64,000 bases of DNA, taken from assembly GCA_964583755.1 (NCBI GenBank), contig CAZOVZ010000004.1:4179-68178 (forward strand). The letters are read 5' to 3'. This DNA is from an uncultured Candidatus Cloacimonadota bacterium (GTDB lineage: Bacteria; Cloacimonadota; Cloacimonadia; Cloacimonadales; Cloacimonadaceae). Under the pieces are notes generated by a model. That model saw only the letters and a list, made by a program, of their open reading frames with translations. It had not been told where the DNA came from and ran no database searches. Shown here piece by piece: positions 18,485-26,298 of the stretch (its first letter is position 1; each line of letters opens with the position of its first letter). Made by a program: the position numbers and the translations under genes.

Positions 18485-19792
18485 CTAAAAGAACACTCCG
18501 AATAGATAGCCGGTGAAGGTGGAGAAGATCACCACCAGGCCAACGAACGCGACGGTCTTTTGGGGGCCCAACACGGTGTTGATCACCAGCATGCTGGGCA
18601 GGGACAAAGCCGGCCCGGCCAGCAGCAGCGAAAGCGCGGGGCCTTTGCCCATGCCGGAACCAAGCAATCCCTGCAAGATCGGCACTTCGGTGAGGGTGGC
18701 GAAGTACATGAAGGCGCCGGATAACGCGGCAAAGAAATTGGCCAAAAGTGAGTTTCCGCCCACGGCAACCTCGATCCAGCGCGACGGCACCCAGGCTTCC
18801 TGTCCCGGACGGCCCAACAGCGCTCCGGCGATCATGACGCCCATGAACAGCAGCGGGATGATCAGTTTGGCGAAACCCCAGGTGGAATCCAGCCAATCCT
18901 TGAGCTCGCCTTTTGACAGCGCCAGCCAGAGGCTGAACAGAAACACCGCCGCCACGAAAGCGATCATCGGCTGAGCCGGAAAGGCGAATCCGAGTATGGC
19001 CACGACAGCCGCGGTCAGGATCACTCTCCACAGCCTGAATCCGTAAAACGCGGTGAGGAAAAGCCCAAACAACAGGGCCAGCACGGCGGTCACCAGCCAT
19101 TTATAGCCGTACATCCAGTTCATGAAGGGCGCCGCGGTGGCGGAGTTGGGCTTGGCCCAGTTGAGCACTATCAAAATCAGGACCATCAGGCCAAAATGGA
19201 TCAGGGTCTGCCAGAGGGGACGTCCCCTGGCCGGTTCCGGCAGGTTCAAAAACCCAGCCTGGCGGTCGCGCTCTTCCTTGCGAAACAGCAGGTGCATCAC
19301 ATAGCCGATCGCCACGCTGAAGGCCACTGCGCCGACCGTGCGAGCGATGCCCATTTCCAGGCCCAGGATGCGGGCCGTCATCACGATCGCCAAGACGTTT
19401 ATCGCCGGTCCGGAATAGAGGAAAGCTATGGCGGGGCCGAGCCCGGCGCCCCGTTTATAGATCCCGCTGAACAGGGGCAATATCGTGCAGGAACAGACTG
19501 CCAGGATGGCGCCCGAAACCGCCGCCACGCTGTAGGCCAGCCAATGTTTCGCCTTGCCGCCCAGAAAGCGCATCACCGCTTCCTTGCTGATGAACACGCT
19601 CACAGCCCCGGCGATGAACAGCGCGGGAACCAGGCAGAGGAGTACGTGCAGGCGTGCATATTCCTGCAGCATGAAAAAGGCTTCGTGCAGCCCATTCAGA
19701 AACCTGGGCGCGGTGAAGGGAATGAAATACGCGGCGCTGAAAACCGCCAGCATGATCACGAGCAGCTTGAGTTCTTTCAGTTTTTCACTCAC
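18485..19792 (-). CDS. COG0701/ArsP-like permease
   Basis: 435-aa polytopic ORF. The AVCSCTILPLF vicinal-Cys motif and overall pattern match the predicted permease/ArsP family. GTG start overlaps the upstream ArsR stop by 8 nt. Confidence 0.65.
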   Translation of the reverse strand: MSEKLKELKLLVIMLAVFSAAYFIPFTAPRFLNGLHEAFFMLQEYARLHVLLCLVPALFIAGAVSVFISKEAVMRFLGGKAKHWLAYSVAAVSGAILAVCSCTILPLFSGIYKRGAGLGPAIAFLYSGPAINVLAIVMTARILGLEMGIARTVGAVAFSVAIGYVMHLLFRKEERDRQAGFLNLPEPARGRPLWQTLIHFGLMVLILIVLNWAKPNSATAAPFMNWMYGYKWLVTAVLALLFGLFLTAFYGFRLWRVILTAAVVAILGFAFPAQPMIAFVAAVFLFSLWLALSKGELKDWLDSTWGFAKLIIPLLFMGVMIAGALLGRPGQEAWVPSRWIEVAVGGNSLLANFFAALSGAFMYFATLTEVPILQGLLGSGMGKGPALSLLLAGPALSLPSMLVINTVLGPQKTVAFVGLVVIFSTFTGYLFGVFF

Positions 19793-20093
19793 CGCCTGAC
19801 CCCCGGATCCAGTTCTTTTTCACTTCCGTTACGCAGCCGTACATGTTCAGCACGCAGGGGCAGAGCAAGTTGTAGAAAACCTGATTGTTGTGTTTGCGGT
19901 TAGCGATGATGCCGGCATTCCTCAACACCGAGAGGTGCTTCGAAACGGTGGACATGTCTGCCCCGATCAGGTCTTTCAGCTCGCAGACGCAGTGCTCGCG
20001 TTCGTTCAGCCGGTCCAAAATGAAGAGCCGGGTCGGATGCGCCATGGCCTTCATGATCACGGCCATCTGCTCGTATTTGCCATCAGTTGTCAT
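19785..20093 (-). CDS. ArsR/SmtB family metalloregulator
   Basis: wHTH with AHPTRLFILDRL...HCVCELKDLIGADMSTVSKHLSVLRNAGII. ATG at 20093 preceded by AAGGAAG; an alternative ATG lies at 20114. Confidence 0.85.
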   Translation of the reverse strand: MTTDGKYEQMAVIMKAMAHPTRLFILDRLNEREHCVCELKDLIGADMSTVSKHLSVLRNAGIIANRKHNNQVFYNLLCPCVLNMYGCVTEVKKNWIRGSGGE

Positions 20094-20120
20094 TGGTCTT
20101 CCTTGCCTTTTCATAGTGTT

Positions 20121-20137
20121 ATTGCCTATTTGGCAAT
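20121..20137. promoter_or_regulatory. candidate ArsR operator (6-5-6 inverted repeat)
   Basis: ATTGCC tattt GGCAAT lies directly upstream of the ArsR-family gene and just downstream of a TTGACG -35-like hexamer (20154-20149, minus strand). Confidence 0.45.
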
Positions 20138-20193
20138 CCTGCCAAGTACGTCAAGATTTTTCTGCTGAAGCCCACTCCAAAATCCATTTTTTG

Positions 20194-20300
20194 CCCCCTT
20201 TGGCTCCTATGACCATTACGCTACTATTACGGGACCATTGCGGGTTTCACCCGTAATGGTCCCGTAATGGTCCCGTAATGGTAATGGGAGAGAAGAGGTT
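20194..20300. repeat. palindromic intergenic repeat, copy 2 of 2 (ATTACGGG family)
   Basis: CCCCCTTTGGCTCCTATGACCATTACGCTACTATTACGGGACCATTGCGGG tttca CCCGTAATGGTCCCGTAATGGTCCCGTAATGGTAATGGGAGAGAAGAGGTT. It aligns with 9878..9980, with a different loop and one G:T position in the stem. Confidence 0.85.
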
Positions 20301-20391
20301 AGGATATCTGGCAAAACCACGAAAACCGTAGTAACAGTTTTCCGGTGTCTCCGGTCTTTGTGCCCGACCCGGTGACTCCCCGCCAAACCCG

Positions 20392-21951
20392 CTATTTCGC
20401 CAGCAGCAGTTTGCGGCAGAGGGAGACGCCTCCAAAGCGCAGCCGGCAAAAATAGATCCCGCTGGGCTGGCCGGCTGCATCCCACTCCAGGGTGTGGCTG
20501 CCTGCCTGGAAGGGGCGGTCTGCCAGGACCGCAACTTTCCTGCCCCGAAGGTCGAATATTTCCAGCCGGGCCTGGCCTGTTTGAGGAAGGCTAAAACTTA
20601 TGCTGGTGCTGGGATTGAAGGGGTTGGGCCAGTTTTGGCTCAGTTCCGGCAGGGAGGCCGGGGAAGCCTGATCCGAAGAGGCGGAACCGCTACCGGCATT
20701 GAAGGTGAAGGCGGTGAACACCGCTTCCTGGCCCACGTCCGGCGGATCGCCGAAATACCAGAGGTTGAGATGCGCCCGGGGCTGTTCAGGCCGGGGGATG
20801 TGGGGGCCAAAGTAGTCCCATTGAAAGATCAGGTTGGTGGGGGATTCGGCGTCGGGCCCGCCATACCAGGCGCGGAATTCCACCCGGTCCGGCTGCCAGT
20901 TGAAGGCATGGCTGGCGATCTGTTCCGCCCCGATGGCGGCGTCGAAACGGGCGATGTTTCCGGTCCAATCCCAGGGTTGGACCACAAACTGGCCGATCTG
21001 GTTGCCGGGTGAGCCCCAACGGCTGTATTCGACATCGATCTCGTTGTAGGGATTCCACCAGGAATAGCCGGGATCCCAGGCGTTGAGATACTGCCAGAGG
21101 AAGATGCCCAGCACGGCGCGTGGATGCAACTGGCCGAGGGGGCCCTGGGTGGTGAAGATGTAATCGCCATAGCCGAGGGCGTCCGCCAGGGTCACCTCCG
21201 TGCTGTACCAGGCTCCGCCGGTCTGGCTGATGGTGAGGTGGAGGCGGTCCTGGGAGTCCACCCAGACGCTTTGGGGCAGATTGCTGAAGTTGTTGGGGCC
21301 GGGGCCGTAGAAGCCCGGGCCCTTGACCCGCCAGGTCCGGTTGGCGAACTGCAGGGTGCGCCCGCCGGGAAAGTCGTCCCACTGGGCCTCGTCGATGGTG
21401 GGAGAAGCGGTGCTGTAGCAGGTGATCTGGTCGAAACAGGCGGAAGCAGCCGGCGCGGACTGGCCCTGAAGGAGGGCGAGGACCAGCCGGAGGGAAGCAG
21501 TTCCAGCCGGGGCGGGAGCGCTGATCTGGTTGAAGGCGAGGTATTGATCCAGAGGGGAGGCGGAACTGGCTACCGGATAGGTTTCCAGGCCCAGGAAGCC
21601 GCCATCCGGGCCAAACCATTCCAGCTTGACGCGGGCGGTGGTTTCGCCGCTTAGAGGCGCGGCGGAGGGGATCAGCACAAAACCGCCGATCCGCCACTGT
21701 TCGCCGGGCGCGCAGCCCAGCTCTTGCCAAAAGCCGGATTCATTGACGGCGCCGGTGGCCTGGCCGTTGGCCAGTGCGGCCAGGGAACCGTGCCAGGCCT
21801 GCGCCGAAGACCCGGTGGAGCCATATTGTTGCCAACCGCCAAAGGCGGATCCGTCGAAAACCTCGAAACTGGGATTGGCCAGGACCTCCTGTCCGGCCAG
21901 GGCGAAACAACAGGACAGCGACAGAAACAGGCAACAAACGCGCAAGATCAT
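20392..21951 (-). CDS. secreted CBM-like + GH16-like (ExDxE) concanavalin-fold protein with T9SS-type CTD
   Basis: ATG at 21951; the ORF-track TTG at 21969 overlaps the upstream stop. The N-terminal CBM4/9-like segment reads NPSFEVFDGSAFGGWQQYGS. A motif ...WWNPYNEIDVEYSRWG is present. The CTD is NWPNPFNPSTSISFSLPQTGQARLEIFDLRGRKVAVL...SGIYFCRL...LLLAK. Confidence 0.6.
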   Translation of the reverse strand: MILRVCCLFLSLSCCFALAGQEVLANPSFEVFDGSAFGGWQQYGSTGSSAQAWHGSLAALANGQATGAVNESGFWQELGCAPGEQWRIGGFVLIPSAAPLSGETTARVKLEWFGPDGGFLGLETYPVASSASPLDQYLAFNQISAPAPAGTASLRLVLALLQGQSAPAASACFDQITCYSTASPTIDEAQWDDFPGGRTLQFANRTWRVKGPGFYGPGPNNFSNLPQSVWVDSQDRLHLTISQTGGAWYSTEVTLADALGYGDYIFTTQGPLGQLHPRAVLGIFLWQYLNAWDPGYSWWNPYNEIDVEYSRWGSPGNQIGQFVVQPWDWTGNIARFDAAIGAEQIASHAFNWQPDRVEFRAWYGGPDAESPTNLIFQWDYFGPHIPRPEQPRAHLNLWYFGDPPDVGQEAVFTAFTFNAGSGSASSDQASPASLPELSQNWPNPFNPSTSISFSLPQTGQARLEIFDLRGRKVAVLADRPFQAGSHTLEWDAAGQPSGIYFCRLRFGGVSLCRKLLLAK

Positions 21952-21961
21952 GGCGGGCAGC

Positions 21962-23749
21962 TCATTCAAAGCGGATGTCGTCCAGATAGAGGATTACGCC
22001 GCGGCCCCGGCCCACCAGGGTCCACCAGAAGGGCGTCCGCACCCGCGAGAGGTCTTTGCCCTTCAGGTCGATCCGGTAGAGTTTCCACTCATTGCCCAGC
22101 TTCACGCCAGGCAATTTGGCGATCGCAGTGTCCGGATATTTGGCTTCGGGGGACTCCAGGCCCACACCGAAATCCACCGTCTCGCCGCCGTATTCGCTGC
22201 GCGCCCAAAAGCTCAGCTGCTTGGCGCCTCTGAGGTCATAACCGCCGGGCAATTCGCCCCAGTTTTGCGGCGGATCCTGCCAGGCCACGCCCACCCAGGT
22301 CTGCGCCGCCTGATAGTGAAAACGCAGGCAGGTGGCGCCGCTATGGGGGGATTCCGTGGACCGGGCGTCCAGGGCGAGGGATTCCACATTGCCCATCCAG
22401 CCGGAGATGGCCCAGGGCTGAGGTTCGGAATCCGCATAGACCGCGAGGGGAAGCCGGAGGCGTGGCGTGCGAATTTCGCCCTCCACATGGATGGGCAGAT
22501 TGGCTGTGGCGGCTCCGCCGGAACCGTCGCGGACGGTGGCGTAGAGGCGGTAGTTGCCGCCGCCGGCAAAGGCCAGTTCGGCCTCCGTGCCAGACGAGCG
22601 TTGGATGATGCCGCCCAGTTCCAAAGGCTGCCACCAGGTATCGCCAAAGGTCAGGTATTCCGGGGCTTCGGGGGTGACGCGCCACTCAACGGAAAGTTCC
22701 GCGCCTTCGGGATCGGCTGCTTCCAACACGGCTTTCAGGGTGTCGCCCGCCTTCACGGAGCTGGGGCCGGCAAATTTTGAGATTTGGGGGCAGAGGTTGG
22801 CGGGCTGCCGGCCACTCCAGATTTCGGTGAGGGCGTCCACTCCACCGAGCTTGTCGCCGTCGGGCAGAAACAGGCCAAACCAGGTGGCGGTGGCTTCCGG
22901 CTTGGCGCCCCAAATGAAGGCGCAGCCGCCCAGACAGAGGTCCGGAGCCTCCAAACAGCCCTGGCGGAAAAAATCACTGTAGAGAAAGGCTTTTTGGGTG
23001 CTGCTGAGTTCCGGCGGGACGCCAAACTCGTTGAGGGAAGTTTCCCAGACTCCGGGAGGGCCGAATTCGGTCACCAAATAGGGTTTGATGCCGCCCAGAG
23101 CCCTGTAGCGGGCTGGCAGCGAGGGCAAACCGCCGTAGCTGTTGATCCCCATGATGTCGATGGAGGGGCAATAGCGGTGGACGGAGGGGACCCGCTGGCC
23201 GCCGATATCGGCTGTGACGACCATTGTGGGATGCCGGGGATCGAGCTGTTTGACCATCGCCGCGAGGGCCTCGATGTGTTTCCAGATGGCAGGGTCGTCG
23301 CCTTCGCCGATGCCTTCCATCTCGTTGCCGATGCCCCAGATCAGCACGGCGGGATGGTCCCGGAAGGCGATCACGTCTTCGCGGATCCGGGCGGTCTGCT
23401 CCGCCAGCATCAGGGAATCCCGATAGTCAAAGCCATGACGGGGATGCCCCAGCCAGTGGCCCACGATCACCGCCAGGCCGAGCGAATCCGCCTGGTCGAG
23501 CTGACTCCGCAGGTCCGGTCCCACGCCCCAGGTGCGGAATGTATTCGCCCGCGAAGCCGCCAGCAGTTCTTTGGAGCCATCGCCGCCGGCTCCCATCACA
23601 TAAAAGGGTTCTCCCCCGCGCAAGAGCTGCCAGTGGCCCTGAGGAGTCTGGATCAGTTCCACCGGGACCGCCAGGGCAGACAACCCCGGCGCCAGCAACA
23701 GCAGCAGACACCAAGCCAGGCCAACCCGGCGGAGGATGACAGGGATCAT
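21962..23749 (-). CDS. secreted clan GH-A (TIM-barrel) glycoside hydrolase with C-terminal beta-sandwich/CBM-like domains
   Basis: ORF 21962..24097 trimmed to the ATG at 23749, which forms an ATGA overlap with the upstream stop. Signal peptide is MIPVILRRVGLAWCLLLLLAPGLSALA. Motifs AVLIWGIGNEMEG (acid/base-like) and YLVTEFGPPG (nucleophile-like). The family (GH2-, GH5- or GH158-like) is not resolved by eye. Confidence 0.6.
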   Translation of the reverse strand: MIPVILRRVGLAWCLLLLLAPGLSALAVPVELIQTPQGHWQLLRGGEPFYVMGAGGDGSKELLAASRANTFRTWGVGPDLRSQLDQADSLGLAVIVGHWLGHPRHGFDYRDSLMLAEQTARIREDVIAFRDHPAVLIWGIGNEMEGIGEGDDPAIWKHIEALAAMVKQLDPRHPTMVVTADIGGQRVPSVHRYCPSIDIMGINSYGGLPSLPARYRALGGIKPYLVTEFGPPGVWETSLNEFGVPPELSSTQKAFLYSDFFRQGCLEAPDLCLGGCAFIWGAKPEATATWFGLFLPDGDKLGGVDALTEIWSGRQPANLCPQISKFAGPSSVKAGDTLKAVLEAADPEGAELSVEWRVTPEAPEYLTFGDTWWQPLELGGIIQRSSGTEAELAFAGGGNYRLYATVRDGSGGAATANLPIHVEGEIRTPRLRLPLAVYADSEPQPWAISGWMGNVESLALDARSTESPHSGATCLRFHYQAAQTWVGVAWQDPPQNWGELPGGYDLRGAKQLSFWARSEYGGETVDFGVGLESPEAKYPDTAIAKLPGVKLGNEWKLYRIDLKGKDLSRVRTPFWWTLVGRGRGVILYLDDIRFE

Positions 23750-25557
23750 TTCAACAGCACGCACTTGCGGATTTCGGCGCCCTGCCCGGCGCTGAGGCGG
23801 TAAAAGTAAACACCCGCTGCCACTGGCCGGCCATCCAAACCGGTGCCGTCCCAGGGCAGACTGTGCTCTCCGGCGGCCAGGCGCGCGTCCGCCAGGGTTT
23901 TCACCTTTTGGCCCAGAATGTTGAAGATTTCCAGGCGGACAGCGGCGGCTTCCTTGAGCGTGAAAGCGATGTTGGTGGCGGGGCGGAAGGGGTTCGGCCA
24001 ATTTGGCTTCAGCACGAAATCCGCCGCCGGGGCGAGGTTTTCGCCGGAGTTCACGCCCCCGCCTTCCCAATAGATGTCGTCCAGGGCAAACGAGCACTGC
24101 GCGCCCTGCTCTTCCAGGATCACAAATTCATAGCTGAGCATCCTCAGGTCGATGTAAAGGCCGCGCAGTTCGGAGACGGGGATGGCGGCCTGAGCCCAGT
24201 CGCCGTTGCGGATCAGGCCAAAGGCGGTCTGATTGGCGGGAAAGGTGACGTAGTTCTGGTTGCCCCAGGAGTCGATGATGCCGATCTTGAAGGTGACGTT
24301 GGCGGGAATCTTGATCCGGAACTTGAGGCTGCCTTCGCCGAAATTGAACAGGTTGACCGGCTGGACGGACATGATCCCGGCGCCAAACCAACCCAGGCCG
24401 GTTGTGGTCCAGGAAATCCCGTTGTCGCCTTCGTAGGGCGGAATCGTGCCCGCTGTGAGGGTGCCTTCCCAGACATAAATCTCCGCGTCCACGCCGATCT
24501 CCAGGGCATCGTCCGTGGGAGTGAGGTCCGTATAAATGCCGTAGGTTCCGCTCTGGAAGGCGGGCGGGCCCAGATGCACCTCGCCCTGGCCGTTCCATTG
24601 ACGCACTTTGATGTAATCTATATACAGGTCCGCCGGAAAGGGCATGGTGACGGGCAGCCCACTGCCCGGATTGCCCAGGCTGTAGGCGTCCGTGAAGGCG
24701 CCGCCGATGGCCAGGTCCGCGATCAGGTAAAAGGGCTGCTGAAACTCCGCGGACTCCGCGTCGATGGCGAAGGGCTCGGTGTAGAGGTCGTATTCGGTGC
24801 CGCCGTCGATCACGGTGAAGCGGAGGCTGGCCTGATCCCAATAGGTGCGGTAGATCAGGTATCTGCCGGTGAGAGGGGGATCGTAGCCGTAGTAGGGGCG
24901 GCAAAAGACGTCTTCCGGATCCCAGGCGAGACTGGCGGCGCCGGAAGGGTTTTCCGGGGTGACGGCGGCCTCGGTATAGAAAAGGGCGTTGGCGCCCACC
25001 ATCTGGTTGACGGTGGAGTTGTTTTGGCCATTGCCGCCGTTGTGGGTATCGTGGAGGTCACGAAACGCCTCCTTGAAACCCATTTCCATGATGTCGATCT
25101 CGCCGTTGCGGGGCCAGGCGTAGTTGGCCGTGCCCAGCATCCAGAGCGCGGGCCAGCCACCCAGATTGATGTTCGGCACCAGGACCCGGGCCTCGATCAT
25201 CCCATACTTGAGCGACACTTTGGATTTGGTGTTCAGCCTGCCGGAGGTGTAATTGAGGGGATTGCCCCACTGATCCACGATCCCCGGGCCGGATTCCTGC
25301 CTGGCGGTGACGCGCAGGGCGCTGTTGCCCGGTTCGCCGGGAATCTCCGCCACCGTGACGTTGGCCGGGGAATAGTATTCCAGTTCGCCGTTGCCCCAGC
25401 CCCAGGAACCGTTGCCGGTCTCGATGATCCAGCCCTCGAGGTTGTTGAAGTTTTCTTCCCAGAGCAGTTCGCCGATCTGGGCGGACAGGGGTACGGCGGC
25501 CAGGAGCAGCGCCGCGAGGAGAGTTTTCACAAGGTGCGGAAAAAGGGACGTTTTCAT
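23746..25557 (-). CDS. GH16 endo-beta-1,3-glucanase (laminarinase-like) + CBM-like domain + T9SS-type CTD
   Basis: ATG at 25557 gives signal peptide MKTSLFPHLVKTLLAALLLAAVPLSAQ. The GH16 catalytic motif is WPRNGEIDIMEM, with WPALWMLG upstream. The CTD is NWPNPFRPATNIAFTLKEAAAVRLEIFNILGQKV...GVYFYRL...VLLK. Confidence 0.85.
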   Translation of the reverse strand: MKTSLFPHLVKTLLAALLLAAVPLSAQIGELLWEENFNNLEGWIIETGNGSWGWGNGELEYYSPANVTVAEIPGEPGNSALRVTARQESGPGIVDQWGNPLNYTSGRLNTKSKVSLKYGMIEARVLVPNINLGGWPALWMLGTANYAWPRNGEIDIMEMGFKEAFRDLHDTHNGGNGQNNSTVNQMVGANALFYTEAAVTPENPSGAASLAWDPEDVFCRPYYGYDPPLTGRYLIYRTYWDQASLRFTVIDGGTEYDLYTEPFAIDAESAEFQQPFYLIADLAIGGAFTDAYSLGNPGSGLPVTMPFPADLYIDYIKVRQWNGQGEVHLGPPAFQSGTYGIYTDLTPTDDALEIGVDAEIYVWEGTLTAGTIPPYEGDNGISWTTTGLGWFGAGIMSVQPVNLFNFGEGSLKFRIKIPANVTFKIGIIDSWGNQNYVTFPANQTAFGLIRNGDWAQAAIPVSELRGLYIDLRMLSYEFVILEEQGAQCSFALDDIYWEGGGVNSGENLAPAADFVLKPNWPNPFRPATNIAFTLKEAAAVRLEIFNILGQKVKTLADARLAAGEHSLPWDGTGLDGRPVAAGVYFYRLSAGQGAEIRKCVLLK

Positions 25558-25667
25558 CGGAGATCCTTTGGCAAACACCGCGCCGGCGTTTGCCTCGATA
25601 TGATCAAAGCCCGTTTGACGGCAGGCGCCAACCGGGCTTTGATACTCATTTTAATGTGTGCCCGGCC

Positions 25668-26288
25668 TCAATCCCGGCGGGACAACGTGCCCGTCTCGGT
25701 ATCGTAGACATAACCCCATTCGCTCAGATCCGCCAACGCGAGCACGGGATCGCTGTAGAGCGGCAACAGGTTTTCCCCGGCGGGATCGTAGAGCAATCCC
25801 CCGACCAGGTTGCGCAGCAGGACTGCATAGTAGGTCTCTTCCTCGATCCAGTCCGCCTTCCACCAGGTCACTCCGTCGAAAAAGTGGTCCAGGGTGGCGC
25901 GGTAGGCGCGGATGGCCTGCTGCCGGGCGTTTTCGCTGCCGCCCGCGGTGTAGAGTTCATGCAGGGATCTGGCGGTGAAATACTGATACTCGCCGATGGG
26001 GATGTTGGCGAGGATCGACGACCAGAGGTAGAATTTCGCCTTGGGCGAGGGGGAGGCATCGTTGAGGTCCCAGATGTTTTCCATGTTGAGGTTGGCGTCC
26101 GCGAAGGGATTGGCGGGGTCGTCCAACACGCTGGTGTCCGGATGGATGCCTTCATTGGGGCCGTAGAGGTCCAAAACGTAATCCGTGGGGAGTTCGGCCA
26201 CGGAGACGGGGTCGCCGGTCTGGCGGTCGCAGCCCGCGATGAAGATCAGCGCCAGGGCCAGGGTGATCAGGATCAGTGTTTGTTTCAC
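25668..26288 (-). CDS. lipoprotein of unknown function (operon partner of the GH/beta-barrel fusion)
   Basis: GTG at 26288 with AAGGAG 6 nt upstream, 10 nt after the upstream stop. Lipobox LALALIFIAGC. Helical-looking C-terminal half. Confidence 0.65.
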   Translation of the reverse strand: MKQTLILITLALALIFIAGCDRQTGDPVSVAELPTDYVLDLYGPNEGIHPDTSVLDDPANPFADANLNMENIWDLNDASPSPKAKFYLWSSILANIPIGEYQYFTARSLHELYTAGGSENARQQAIRAYRATLDHFFDGVTWWKADWIEEETYYAVLLRNLVGGLLYDPAGENLLPLYSDPVLALADLSEWGYVYDTETGTLSRRD

Positions 26289-26298
26289 GCTGTGCTCC

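Noticed and set aside
23750-24097. Long N-terminal extensions in the ORF track. Examples are 116 extra residues on 21962..24097, and extra residues on 498..2096, 16395..17789, 46388..48463 and 48375..49052.
   Set aside because: The extensions are Arg/Pro/Gly-rich, overlap the upstream gene and precede an internal Met. That Met has an RBS and a clean signal peptide or a conserved N-terminus (e.g. MCGRF for SRAP), so I used the internal starts.
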